64,000 nucleotides of DNA from contig OZ024743.1 of NCBI GenBank assembly GCA_964016885.1, positions 256,618,001-256,682,000 of the forward strand, given 5' to 3'. Numbering within the stretch: the first letter of the stretch is position 1; every line of letters starts with the position of its first letter. Shown here piece after piece: positions 1-12,704 of this stretch. The stretch comes from Eledone cirrhosa (taxonomy: Eukaryota). The translations under genes and the position numbers were made by a program. The notes beneath the pieces are model-generated. The model was not told the origin of the DNA. It saw only the letters and a list, made by a program, of their open reading frames with translations, and ran no database searches.

Positions 1-896
1 TCCTTTCGGGCCTCATTTGAACTACAAGTTCGAGGCTCGTTCCACTGAACGCGTCACCCGATGCCTTTCCCATGGACACCAGCATGTCATCCTCCAGGTC
101 CAGAAAACCTGTCAAAACCCACCATATGTCCATAATCGGCAGGATGGTGTGGATTTTTATTTTTTGTGTTCTTCTACCCATGTACGTAGGGTAGAAGGTG
201 TATGCGGTGGATGTGATTGGTTTGATGGACAGTTTCACTGCTGTGTCCCTGTCCTTCATGAGAATGGATAGACTCCCGTAGAGTCTATCCTTCTGAATGA
301 AGGTGATGTCTTTCATGACGTCTTTTAAAACCAGCTCTATCTCACTCTGTGATGGTTGAGCTGGTTTTTTACTTTTGTTCGAGATTGTCCTAAACATGAC
401 CGTGTTTAGGAGTCTCTGGCTTTTTAGTTCCGGGGGGGGGGGAATGGATTGTGAATGAACCATTTTCTCCGTACACTATATATTTTTTCGCATCCGCCAG
501 TAGCTCCTTCGCTTTTGTTATATCTACTGGCAGATAGTCGAGGGTTTTCCTTGTCGTCTCGGCGAAGGAGAAATTTTGTTTGTTTGTGTTGTTGTTGTCG
601 TTGGTGGTGTTGTTGTTATCATTGTTGTTGTCACCGTTATTGGTCTTGTTGTTGTTGTTATTCTTATTGTTATTGGTGTTGTTTTCGTCCGTCGCATTGT
701 TGTTGTTGTTGCTGTTGCTGCTGGTTCTTTGGGTTGTTGCCATGGCAACGTCAAGTTGTCGGTTAACAGGTGGAGAGAATTCTTCCTCTGGCTGACCTTT
801 CTTCTTGACCTCTGCTACTGTGACAGTGGCAGGGGGAAGCTGTAAGTTCATCTTCCCCTTTCCTCCTTCGAATTTTGGTGAAGCAGCTTCGGCCAT
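1..896 (-). mobile_element. ORF1 (gag-like) 5' part of a probable L1/Tx1-type LINE, running off the window start
   Basis: ORF 896..390 has an Asn-rich low-complexity N-terminus. After a frameshift near the G run at ~433-442, another frame reads QRLLNTVMFRTISNKSKKPAQPSQSEIELVLKDVMKDITFIQKDRLYGSLSILMKDRDTAVKLS...YPTYMGRRTQKIKIH and stays open to position 1. The clade call is inference from ORF1-like composition. Confidence 0.5.
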
Positions 897-1829
897 TTAA
901 AAAAATATTGACTTTTCAACAAGAAAAAACTTTTTTTTTTGTTTAACTATTTCGCCTAAAGGCGTAGAATATTTTGAGAGACTGACCAGATCAAAGTTTG
1001 ACCTGGCAGTCCCTCTACAAAATGGTACAAAAATTAAAGTTATCAGACAAGAATTTCTATAGAAATTTAAACAGAACTTACTCAGCAAGTTATACGCATG
1101 TGTCCATCCCAGGATATATAGATAAGGAGCTTTATAGCATCTGTGTATGATTGGTAAAATGAATACATAGAAGTAACTAATGTTGATAAAATCACAATAG
1201 ATGAAGATAGATTTTTCCAATTCAATGGATAATCATTTTCTGAGGGAATATTTCATTGGGAAAATGATGGACAAAAATAGGATCTTAGAACAAAGGGAAT
1301 TAAAAGCCGTGTAACTATCAGAAGTGAAAGAAGTAAATTTAATCTTATTATTTTCATTATTTCATATAAAGTATCAAATGAACATCTCTGGCTCTGGGCC
1401 TTCTTAGATTTAGCATTCTATGCCTATTAAGTAACATGAGAGATATTGGTCTCGAATAATACCCATTGTTGTTTTGAATGGTCTTAGTATATTAGTAGCA
1501 GTAAGTTATCTGGTAACATGAAAAGCCTTATTATTTGACTGGTTTACAGGGTTTATTGTATAATAATTATTAGAGAACCAACCCTATCAAATAGGATATC
1601 TACTTATCAAGTTAAACTTTTAGGTAAGTTATAAATATATCACAATGGATTTCTGCATTATGAATACGAAGAGTGACAATTTTATCACTGAAAATAACTC
1701 AACATCATCATCAGCACCACTATCATCAACATGACCATCATCAACATCATCATCGTCATCACTCAGTGTTTCAATACTATGGATAGTTATCTTATACTTT
1801 AATGTGCTCTCGTTGTACATTCAAAGGAA

Positions 1830-2028
1830 GTTGGTGGATTAGCACAGTCGTTATAGCATCAAACAAAATGCTTTGTAGCATTTAGTTACAACCCTTTACA
1901 TTCTGAGTTCAAATCCCACCAACTTTGCTTTCATCCTTCTGGGGTTGATAAGATAAAATACTGCGGTCAATATAATCGACTTTTCTCTTCCCTCAAATTG
2001 TTGGCCTTGTACCAATATTAGAAAGAAT
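1830..2028 (+). mobile_element. tRNA-derived SINE family A, diverged copy
   Basis: B-box-like GAGTTCAAATCC, core ACTTTGC(C)TTTCATCCTT..GGGGT(C/T)GATAA and 3' TGGCCTTGT..C..TAGAAA, all shared with many copies in the window. Confidence 0.75.
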
Positions 2029-2414
2029 CATCATCATCATCATCATCATTTTACGTCCGCTTTTCCCTGCTTGCAAGGGTGGGACGGGAACTGATTCTGG
2101 CTTGATTTCTACAGTTGATGCCCTTCCTAACACCAACCTCATTTACAGTGAGTACTGGGTGCTTTTTTCCCGTGGCGCCTACATGTCCACTTTAGAGTGT
2201 GGGCTGGGTGCTTTTTTTTTGCCATGGCACCTCCACGACCACTTTGCAGTGGAATGTTAGGGACCCTAGTCCTGTTATCTTTACAGCTGAGTAAACTGGA
2301 GCAATGTGAAATAAAGTGTCTTGCTCAAAGAAACAACACATCACCCGGTCTGAGATTTGAACTCACAACCTTTCGATTGCAAGCCCAATTCTCTAACCAC
2401 TAAGCCATGCACCT
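2029..2414 (-). mobile_element. tRNA-derived SINE family B with RTE-type (GAT)n tail
   Basis: Minus strand has A-box TGGCTTAGTGG and B-box GAGTTCAAATC, the body TTGAGCAAGACACTTTATTTCACATTGCTCCAG and a (GAT)n tail. It matches the plus-strand copy at 45352-45695. Confidence 0.85.
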
Positions 2415-3522
2415 TATTGGAGAATATTCCTAGTAGTAGCAATCAGTTACTGCACATTTTCTTCTTTCTGTAGGAGTCACCGACATTTGAATGTTTACTA
2501 TTCTACTCTCTGTCTCTTGATCAGCAACACCATCTACATAGTTATCATTCTGAGGAAAATTATCACAGACATTCATCAAGTTTCCCTACCAGTTTATCAC
2601 ACATGCATCAATCTCCATATCCTCAGTGTCACAGTTAATCCAACAGATATCTCATTAAGCAGCAGAAAGTGAATAATTAGTTTAAACAGGTTTCTAGAAT
2701 CATCTCTCTTTACCATCCCATCAAATTAATGGGAGTATACATCTTTACATATTAACTACAATATATTCCCATGTCAATAACATGGATGCATTGCTTTTCA
2801 CATGATTCTACCTGTATATTATTACCTGTGCAGACCATTACATATTATCACCTATTCATATATGTGTTTATAATCCACCAAGGCACCCTCTTTTTAATTA
2901 TCCATATAACGTCAGGCACCACATACACATGCATACGCATGTGTGCACACTCACACACATACACACACACAACAGGTGCAATCACATTCACACACTCATA
3001 CGTTGATGCGTTTGTGTGTGTAAGAATGAGCGTGTTTGTACAAACAGGTTAAGTCAGAATTATATCATCTAATGTTTCACAGCAGCAAGAAAATGCCTTA
3101 TGGGTCAATTCAATGATAGTGTTTCTATAAAATGCAATGTTAGAAAATATAGAAATCTCAAACGAAGAAAATAACTCCAATTGCAGCTGATTGCTATAAA
3201 TAATAGCTTAGAAAATCAGGTAAAATACCCTTATAGATGGAAAAAGTGACCAGCGTTCTCTATGAAGAAATGAAATTCCTAACAAATTCAAGTTGAACAT
3301 TGTGTAACATTGACCTAAACACACACACACATATATATATATATGGATGAAATGTTGCAAGTTAAGACCAGTAAGACCATTATTCAACTTAGTACTCTAT
3401 ACTAAAGAAAAGTAGAATTAAAAGAATATTTTGATGAAAAGATTTTATCCCATAATATTAAGCAGTGTTAAACAACTCCAAGGTAACTTTTCAACATATT
3501 TGCTATCATTATTTTCAACATT

Positions 3523-3890
3523 AACAAGGTTAACTTTGCCTTTCATCCTTGCAGGGTTGATAAAATAAAATACCAGTAATATACTGGATAATTGCTGGCA
3601 TGGAGCCTAATGTAGAAACAATTATTTTCAACATTTAAGGGCAGTGGATTGGCAGTATTGGTAGAGAGTCAGACACCATGCCTTGCAGCATAGAGTTACT
3701 GTCCTTTGGGGTATGAGTTCAAATCCTACTGAGGTTAACTTTGCCTTTCATCCTTACGGGGTCGATAAAATAAAGTACCAGTAATACACTGGGTATTGCT
3801 GGCCTTGCACCAGTAACATACTGGGGTCGATTTAATCGACTTTCCCCTCCCCCCAAATTACTGGCTTTGTGCCTATACTAGAAATCATTA
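3523..3890 (+). mobile_element. Two adjacent SINE A copies, the first 5'-truncated with a 15-bp TSD
   Basis: ATTATTTTCAACATT at 3508-3522 and 3621-3635 flanks the first copy. The second, longer copy starts at ~3638 (AGGGCAGTGGATTGGCAG). Confidence 0.8.
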
Positions 3891-4399
3891 TTTTTAATTT
3901 ACATTACTGTAGCCTTCTCATAAAACATACTGTTATCTTATGATTTATTGAGGTGATTGGAATCCATTGCAGTTAGTCATTTCCATTGCATTTAGTAAGA
4001 CATGTACTGATGATGGGTCTGATGTATTTATGGTTCCTATTATTTAATAATGGTATTATTTGTCTTAGACCTGACAACACCTATATAGAATTAGGAGTTG
4101 TTTTTTTTACTATTCTTCTATTAAGTACATTTACTTACTTTCTGATTTTCTTATATCAGACCTATATATACACATGGTATTGGATACATTTTGTCTAGTC
4201 AATACTTACTGATGTATTATTGTATTATATATATATATATATATATCCAAACCCATGCTAGCATGGAGGATAGACGTTAAATGATATATATACACACACA
4301 CACATATACATACATACATATATAAATATATATATACAATTAGATTTTACAAAATCACCCTACACCTCAATGCTTTGGACATAGTTATATATATACATA

Positions 4400-4583
4400 A
4401 TTGTTTGTACTTTTGGCACAAGGCCAGCAATCACCCAGTGTATTACTGGTACTTTATTTTATCAACCCCATAAGGATGAAAAGCAAAGTTAGCCTTGGTG
4501 GGATTTGAACTCAGAATGGCAAGGGCCGTAACTCTATATGTCAAAGCATGGCGTCCGACCCTCTACCGATACTGCCAATCCAC
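4400..4583 (-). mobile_element. SINE A copy
   Basis: Reverse complement of the SINE A consensus, with a short ACATAAT duplication at 4395 and 4582. Confidence 0.8.
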
Positions 4584-5439
4584 ATAATGCCAAGCCTTAT
4601 GATGGAAGGTTCTATGATATACAGCTGTTTATTTTAAAATGTTTATATCTTTCTAAAATGCTTCCATCACAATTTTATGTAAGACATTTGAGAAATTATA
4701 TTCTAGATGCTAGATTAATAATGAGAAAGTTAGTCATTTTCTTTAATCCCTCCACATTGTTCCTTAATTTTCAAAATCATTGGTAGTGTCTTTCAAAATA
4801 TGGCAATGAAATTGTTTTAAGCTACACTACAGCAATTCCTTCAAATTTTCCAATATTTAAAAAATATTTTGAAACACGTGTATGCCATTGAAAGGGGTAA
4901 CGAGAGAGAGTGAGTGAGAGAGGGGCGGCGGAGGGCAGAGAAAGAGAGAGAGAAGACAGAAATGCAGCAAAAGGAAAAGATAAATGACAGTTTTGCATGT
5001 AAAGAAAGTAGTTACTACTTTAATGTTATATTAATGAAGTTTGGAAGAAAGAAAGCAATGTGTGCTGGATTTACAAATATGTGTATGTATATATATGTAC
5101 ATCTGTGCATATGTGTGTGTATGTGTGTGTGAACAAGTGTATGCATGAATATATGGGCGTATATGTAGAGGAATGTGTGTGCATGTGAATGTGAGTGGAT
5201 GCATATATATCTATATATAAGTGGGCGTTATGTGTGTACACGTAGGTGGGTGTATATATGGGCATAAGTGTGTACACATGGATGTATGTGTGAGTGTATT
5301 TGTGTGTGTATGATTATGCATGTGTATGTAGGTGCATGCATATGAGCTTGAGTGGGTGTATATGTAAGAGTATAAGTATATATAAAGGTGTGTTTTGTAT
5401 GTGCATCTTCAAATGAACATATACCAATATATATAATTA

Positions 5440-5870
5440 TCTCTCTCTGGCCAACAATTGGTCCCTTTCTTCCGATATCATTTCGGAAGAAGGATCAGGA
5501 TGGAGAGAGAGGTGCTGCACCCCAGCCGTTTTTATGAAAGATGGGTGAAAGTGGCGAGAATGGCCCGTGTGAATGGGCCTTCACTCTACATCAGACTATA
5601 GGTGAGGAAGATGAAAGATCAAGGGAGTACCCCCTCTCTGTGCTCCTGAGGAGAAGGGTTGCACACTTTTTGGGGGGGTGTGTGCAACCCCCCAAAGGCG
5701 CCTCTCCCCTATTGAGGATTTTGTTATTAAATTTATTTTTGTTATATTTTATATATTATTTTTATATTTTGTTATTGCCTCCTCCTTATTGAGGACGCCT
5801 TTTTGTGTAAACTCCCTCCATTGTACTTGTCCCACTTTTTGATGCCCTGGTAGCAAATAAAAAGAAAGTT
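5440..5870 (+). mobile_element. 5'-truncated 3' end of a Tx1/L1-like LINE
   Basis: GGAGAGAGAGGTGCT..ACCCCAG...GTGGCGA.AATGGCCCGTGTGAATGGGCCTT matches 62178-62258 of the Tx1-like element. Ends in GCAAATAAAAAGAAAG. Confidence 0.75.
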
Positions 5871-6074
5871 ATCATTATTACTGTTATTATTATTGCTATT
5901 CTCTGTTAGTTGTCACCAAACTGTTAACAGTCTATTGACGAAGCAATATGATCAGATTTTCAATATGTAATATCATGATCATCATCTTTAAAAGTCTGCT
6001 TTCCCTGCTAGCAAGGTTAGGACTGTATAGGGGGAGATTTCTCTGCTTTTCTGTGAGAGAAAGAAAGAGTAATA

Positions 6075-6480
6075 CCCAAGAACATTTTCTAGGGTTTCTG
6101 AGTCATGCAAGAGGAAGGGGACATGCCCATGATTCTTTTAATGGCTTCTGCGATTGGTGAGATGTAGGAGCAGTGCCCATGACACTTTTTGGAGTCTCCA
6201 AGAGTGATGAAAGGGAGGAGCCATACCCATGATTCTTTTAAGGTCCTCCAAGACAAATAAGATGGAGAGATAGATGTAAGAGCAGTACCCATGACACTTT
6301 TCTGGGTCTTTAAGGCTGATGAAAAGGAGAGTCCATGTTCATGAAACCATTCTGGACTTCTATGACTGATGGTTAGGAGAGACAATATCCATGACAATTT
6401 TCTGGGCCACTATGACAGGTGAGAGGGAAGGGTCATGTCCATGACCCATTTAAGAACCTCCAATACTGGTGAGAGCGAGA
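6075..6480. repeat. Diverged 50-bp minisatellite, about 8 units
   Basis: A CCATGA-type anchor recurs at ~6077, 6127, 6177, 6227, 6289, 6339, 6389 and 6439. Confidence 0.75.
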
Positions 6481-7166
6481 GATAGAGAATGGTTCGCAAA
6501 CCTAATGTTTGCAACAAATGGGTATCAACTAAAACTTCCCAGGATCCAGGTGATGTGGTTAAGGGTGGCGGTTTAAACTGGACACTGGACTAAGTGTACT
6601 ACTCATGTAGGCCAGAGCAGGATTTGTACTCAACAGAATGAACTGAAACAAATATAGCAAAATATCTTGTCTAAGGCTCTAACAAATACATCACTGATCC
6701 ACCATCCTAGATCAATACTTTATTTTGGCAACCTGAAAGGAGGAAATATAACCTTGGCAGGATTTGGACATGGAATATATGGTCAGAGAACTGGAACAAA
6801 TACTACAAGGTCTTTCTTTTTATGTTCCAAAATATCTCGAGATTAACCATATGATGGACATGCTTCTAGTCCAGGAGGATGTCTTGTACTCCCCATTGCT
6901 TAATGCCATTGAAACCCTGATAAGCTCCAGCCTGAAGAGTTTCTGGCTAGGGACAGAATTTAAACTTAACATCTAACATCTCTGTTAATTCATTGGTTTG
7001 CAAGAACAATTCATTAACTCTTTTGATGCCAAACTGCCTGAAATGACCTTTGGTTCAATAGTACAAAACTGCTTGTGTTAACCTGTTTATATTTATCCAA
7101 TCATCTTCCATAATAATTTTATGTAAGAACATTTCTTAACTCACATTCCAAACATCAGCTCAAAGC

Positions 7167-7680
7167 AGGTGGAGGCCTTAAGAGTCCATGGTGGATCCAC
7201 AGTGACATTTATGTGGCTTGCAGATCCGGAGCCCAAGCCTCAAGGAAGCACAAATAGCTTGCACATCAGTGTTTCCTTGAGGCTTGGACTCTGGATCTGC
7301 GAGTCGAATAAATGTCGCTGTGGATCCACCGTGAACTCTTTTGGTCTCCACCTTCTTTCCTGTCGCCATAGTGCCGGCCGCCTTCCATGCCATGCTGCCT
7401 CATTGGAGACTTCTGGTGTCCTTGGCCCTAGGACTACCACCCTACTCACCACCATAGTTGCTGAGCTGGCCAGCTGCAGGTGTAAGCCTCGCGAGTTGGA
7501 ATGGCTCTTCCAGTGCATCTCCCTTATCATCCTCCGGAGAAATGCCTTCTCCATTCTGTCTGCCGGCGCTTTGGGGAGGCCAGCAAGTGGGACTGCATTT
7601 GCTCACCATTCGGAGAGATGGCGAGAGTGAGAGAGGTGGAGGTGATGGGAGTGGGAGTTCGGCTGTCCTTTCATGTTTAC
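7167..7680 (+). mobile_element. 3' fragment of a CRE-like (RLE-type) non-LTR retrotransposon with an inverted 5' duplication
   Basis: SLRLGLWICESNKCRCGSTVNSFGLHLLSCRHSAGRLPCHAA (zinc knuckle) and LETSGVLGP...LFQCISLIILRRNAFSIL (typical C-terminus). The PD-D nuclease segment between them appears deleted. Confidence 0.65.
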
Positions 7681-8526
7681 TTAGGTTACTATTTTCTATT
7701 TTATAGTGTTCCAGTTATTACATTATTACAGCTATAATGAGAAAGTTCATTATAATATTAGAGCTCTCCAAATTCTTGATTATTTTGAAAATTATTTGAA
7801 ACTTATAGGCATTGTTTTGCATTAGAAATGTGGCAATGAAAGGGTTAACAAAAATCTACATATGAAATGCGACACAAAATTTTGTTTCAATAGTCTCCCC
7901 TCCACCCTTTTAAAACTGAATGCGTGTTCCAGTTGTTCTCTTACATTATCATATGAGTGGCTGAATATTCCATGGACATGTATAACCATAATGCAATTTT
8001 CAGGGAGATTTTTCATGAGAGTGTGTGACAAGGCTGGACATTTGAAATACATGTACAGTCCATCTGAAGCATTTCCAAAAGATTTCCGTCCAAATTTCAT
8101 TCCCAAGATTTGGGTGGACGACAATTTATGGGAAATGAAAATTGGTTAACATTCCAAGCAGTGGAATTTAACTTAGGTCTTTGTGCTTGCAAAGCACACT
8201 TCTTTAGTGTCTGTCTACCTAATTGCTCTCACAAGGCTTTAGGTCAGCTCAAGGCTGTGAAAATGACACTTGCTCAGATGCAAGATAGCAGGATTGAACC
8301 TGGAACCTTATGCATCTAATGCAAACTTCTTAAGTGTGCATCCATCCAAATTCACTTTTAAATCATCATCATTATACATTTGCTGTTCCATGTTTACATA
8401 GGTTTTTCAGCACAGCATCTCTCCACTCATTGCGTTCCATCCATATCACCTAGTCTCTACTCATAAAGCCTATGTCAAATAACGATTATCCAAGATGCTA
8501 CCAAATGGAGTCAAAACTGTGGCTTT

Positions 8527-11500
8527 CATCATCATCATCACCGTTTTATGTCTGTTCTTCCATGCTAGCATGGGTTATACCAGTTGTCCTGTTGTGGGCA
8601 GTGTTTGGTCGGCCGACCATGCCTTGCTCATACGGGAACTGATTCTGGCTTGATTTCTACAGCTGGATGCCCTTCCTAACACCAACCTCATTTACAGTGA
8701 GTGCTGGGTGCTTTTTTTCGATGGCGCCTACACGTCCACTTTACAGTGTGGGTTGGGTGTTTTTTTGCCGTGGCACCTCCACGACCACCTTGCAGTGGAG
8801 GGTGTGGGGGCATATTGTCTATATGCTTCAGCTTGTACCCGTGAGAGGTCGGGTACTCTGTATTACTGCGTGACGCCAGAGGTCACGGTCGTGTGTCATT
8901 GCCTTTGAGAGGTGTAATTGGGTAAGGTCGGCTTTTATCACCTCATCCCAGGTCTTCTTGGGTCTCCCCACTCCGCAGTTTCCATTGACTTCGAGTGCTC
9001 TGCACCTTTTTATGCAGCTGTCATCTTTCATACGCATCACATGTCCATACCAACGCAACCACCTCTCCTGCACACAGTATTTGATTCCTCTTATGCTCAG
9101 TCTCTCTCTCAATTCATTTATGCTTTGCCGTTCGCGTATATTACTAATACACATCCATCGGAGCATGCAGGCTTCGTTTCTTTCTAATCTACGTAAGTCT
9201 TCCACCTTCAGTGCCCAGGTCTCACTACCATGTAACATTGCTGTTCGTATACACGCATCATACAGTCTGCCTTTCATTTTGATGGAGAAGCCTTTTGCAG
9301 CTAGCAGTGGCAGTAGTTCCCTAAACTTCTTCCACCCCGTTCTTACCATAGTTATTGTACTTTTTGAACAACCATCTCCGCTGCTAATTCGGTCAACTAG
9401 GTAGCAGAAGCTGTCTACTGTTTCTACAGAGCCCTCCCAGAGATTGGTGGTACTTGTTTCCTATGGCTGTTTGCTGCTTGCTGTCCCAGTACAGCTGCTG
9501 CATATGAAGCCTACATTCTTAATTAAGCTTCCTGAGATCCCGCTACATCTCTTGTGTACCCATTGTTTGCATTTGGGGCAAAGAACGGAGTTCCTACCTA
9601 CACCTTTCCTACATGCTGAGAAAGGCTATTTCCTTGAGGGGATCTGGGTTCTGTTTTCTCGTCTACTTACAAGAACCTTAGTCTTTGTCATGTTGACTTT
9701 GAGACCCTTTCTTTCTAGTCCCTGCTTCAAAGTTTCGAATTTCTTCTCTAGTTCTACCATAGATTCAGCTATAAGTGAGATGTCATCTCCATGGGCATCC
9801 CGTCTTAAACTCCTCCGTTATTGCCTGCAGGACTATGATGAACAGGAGATGGCTAAGAACAGAGCCCTCGTGGATACCAACCTGTATGCTAAATTCCTCG
9901 CTATACTCATTGCTAATCCTAACTTTGCTGACTGCTCCCCTATACATGGCTTGTACAGCTTTCACAAGCCATTTATCTACTCCTAGTTTTATAAGAGCCC
10001 ACCAGATTATAGCACGTGGAACTCTGTCAAAGGCTTTGTCGAGATCGACAAATGCCAGGTAGAGTGGCTTAAATTTAGCTAGGTACTTTTCCTGTAACTG
10101 CCTCACAAGGAAGAGGGCATCAGTGGTGCCTCTTCCTGGTACAAACCCAAATTGCATCTCATCTAGTTTCACCCGGTCCCTAATCAACTGTGCTATAACT
10201 CTTTCTGTTACTTTCATGACCTGGTCCATCAGCTTCATACCTCTATAGTTTCTTCTATCGAGTGCATCACCTTTCCCTTTGTAGCAGTTGACAATGATGC
10301 TACTGCACCAATCTTTTGGTATGACACCTTCTAGTATTACCTGGTTAACAATACATGTGGTTATAGTGAGACCTACAGACCCAGATGCCTTCAGCATCTT
10401 GGCAGCTATACCAGATGGACCGGTTGCCTTCCCCATCTTCATATCTTTGATTGCCTTACTTACTACGCTGCTGCTGACTTGTACTGCTGGTCCCTCTATA
10501 GGGACTACTTGGGGTAGGGTCTCTTCTTCCCATACATTCTCCTCATTTAGTAATCTATCATAATGACTCTTCCATGCATCTTTCTTCTCAGCACTTGTGA
10601 GGGCAAGCTCACCTTTATCATTCCGGATACACTTCACTCCAATGACATCATAATTCTCTCTGACACACTGCCTCACAATCTTGAACACCTCTTGTTTCTT
10701 GTCCTCACGGTACAAAACATGCTTGAATGTTCTATCCTCTGCTTCCCACCCTAGCTAAGTATACTTGTAGCATAGCTTCCCTCTTGGTCTCTATGTAATG
10801 TACCCTGCTTCCCCCGTTCTTCCATTCTTTCCATGCCTGTCTCTTGGCCTTAACTGCCTCATCTACCTTATTGTTCCACCACCAAGTCACTCTCCTCCTG
10901 CTTGTGGTCTTACTCCAGCCACAGATCCCATCCGTCATCTCTAGTAAGTTATTTTTTATGAACTCCCAGTGCTCTTCTACATTGAATGTCTCTATCTGTT
11001 CTTCTTTACTGTCGTAGGTGTTGAGTAAAATATCTTTAAATCTGTTACTGGCCGAGGGGTATTTCAACTTCCAGATCTTTCTTCTCCAGGTTGGCCTCTG
11101 TTTCCAGGTTCGTCTAGTTCTGACCATGAGGTCGCTGACAACTAAGCTATGTTGGGAAGTACATTCCTCACTAGGGAAGGCTTTTGTGTTTACGACCGTC
11201 CATCTGTCACGTCCTCTGATGAGGATAAAATTTATCTGACTAGAATGCTCCCCTGATCTATAAGTGATCAGGTGATTGTCGGGTTTTTTGAAGTTTGTGT
11301 TATATATCGACATGTCATTGGCGTCGCAGAATTCTAGAAGTCTGAATCCTTCTTCATTTATTGTGCCAACCCCGTGGCCTCCATGGACTCTATTGAAGCC
11401 GTCACAGTGTTTACCTACGTGTCCGATAAAATCTCCTGCGATGATTAGGAAGTCATTGTCGTTTGTTAGAGCAGTAGTGTGCATTAGGGACTCGTAAAAC

Positions 11501-11930
11501 CTATCCTTAAGTTCGTATGGCAACCCCGATTGGGGTGCGTAAGCTGATATTATTGGGGTAATTGTTTTATTCAGGACTAGTCTGAGTTTAATGATTCTTG
11601 CATTTACCCTGTACACTGAGATTACTTTATCTACCCACTTGTCAGCTAGTAGTATACCTACACCACCCATCCCATCGTCATTTCCCACCCAGAAAAATTT
11701 GTAGCACTGACTTTTTCCTACAAGGAATCTAGCAGACGCTCCTCTCCATCTAGTCTCTTGCATCAATTTCCTTTCGCTCTAGCATCTATACGATTTCTCC
11801 TGCTCTTCCTTTCATTGTGCTTATATTGATGGTACCAACTCGGAGTTTTGGGCATTTGTCAACATTCGTAGGGAAGGGTCGATTTTTGCAGCGGGGTGTG
11901 TGTGTGTGCTTCCTGTCTCTGAATTGGAGC
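8527..11930 (-). mobile_element. Near full-length, inactivated RTE-clade LINE (APE endonuclease + RT)
   Basis: APE motifs QETRW, SAYAPQ, GDFIGHVG, SQHSLV in 11766..10732. RT motifs NYRGMKL, QFGFVPGRGTTDA, AFVDLDKAFD in 10715..9783. C-terminal AMLHGSETW, RWYGHV, GRPKKTW in 9349..8828. (GAT)n tail at ~8527-8540. Stops and frameshifts are present. Confidence 0.92.
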
Positions 11931-12043
11931 TTCTTACAAAATGAACTTCTTATGTTTTCATCAATGAAAATTCATCCTAAATGACAATTATTCAAGATGG
12001 TACACCGTGGAATTGAACCTAGGACATTATACTTATGAAGCAA

Positions 12044-12206
12044 GTAGAGGGTCGGACGCCATGCTTTCCAGCATAGTTACGTCCCATTACTGTCTGAGTT
12101 CAAATCCCGCCGAGGTTTACTTTGCCTTTCATCCTTACGGGGTCGATAAAATAAAGTACCAGTAATGCACTGGGTAATTGCTGGCCTTGTGCCTAAAGTA
12201 GAAACA
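12044..12206 (+). mobile_element. 5'-truncated SINE A with an 18-bp TSD, inserted in an older SINE remnant
   Basis: ATTATACTTATGAAGCAA at 12026-12043 and 12207-12224. Confidence 0.85.
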
Positions 12207-12704
12207 ATTATACTTATGAAGCAAACTTCTTGACAGGTGTGCCATGTTGCATAAACTATTGTATGGATTAGTAAATTCCAGTGAAAGTCACAAACATTTA
12301 TTTTTTTTCTTAAACAATTATTATTAATTAGCAATTTAATATTTTGAATTTGTTTTCCCCTTTTTCTCCTAAATATCTTCACATATATGATGGTCTTCTA
12401 ATTTTTGTTTGAAATTGAAATTTCAGACAAAGAATTCATTGTTCCTTCATATTGTCCGTAGATTTCATTATTTCTCTTTTTTTTTTCTTAGGTTTTGTTA
12501 GCAATTTGATGGGTTTTATAATTATCATTGTTATGTTTGTGGCTATTATTATGGCAGTCATTATTATTATTATCAATACAGAAATTACATTTTTTTTATT
12601 GGGGTGAAACTTCACAATTATTTCCCCATCCTTTTTATACATTTTTTATTATTTAAATAATTAAATAATGGTAATAATAACAACAACAACTGTTGTTGTT
12701 AATA

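Noticed and set aside
7822-8149. Overlapping ~100-aa ORFs on both strands as a possible host exon
   Set aside because: No recognisable domain, splice context or partner exons. A homology search would be needed.
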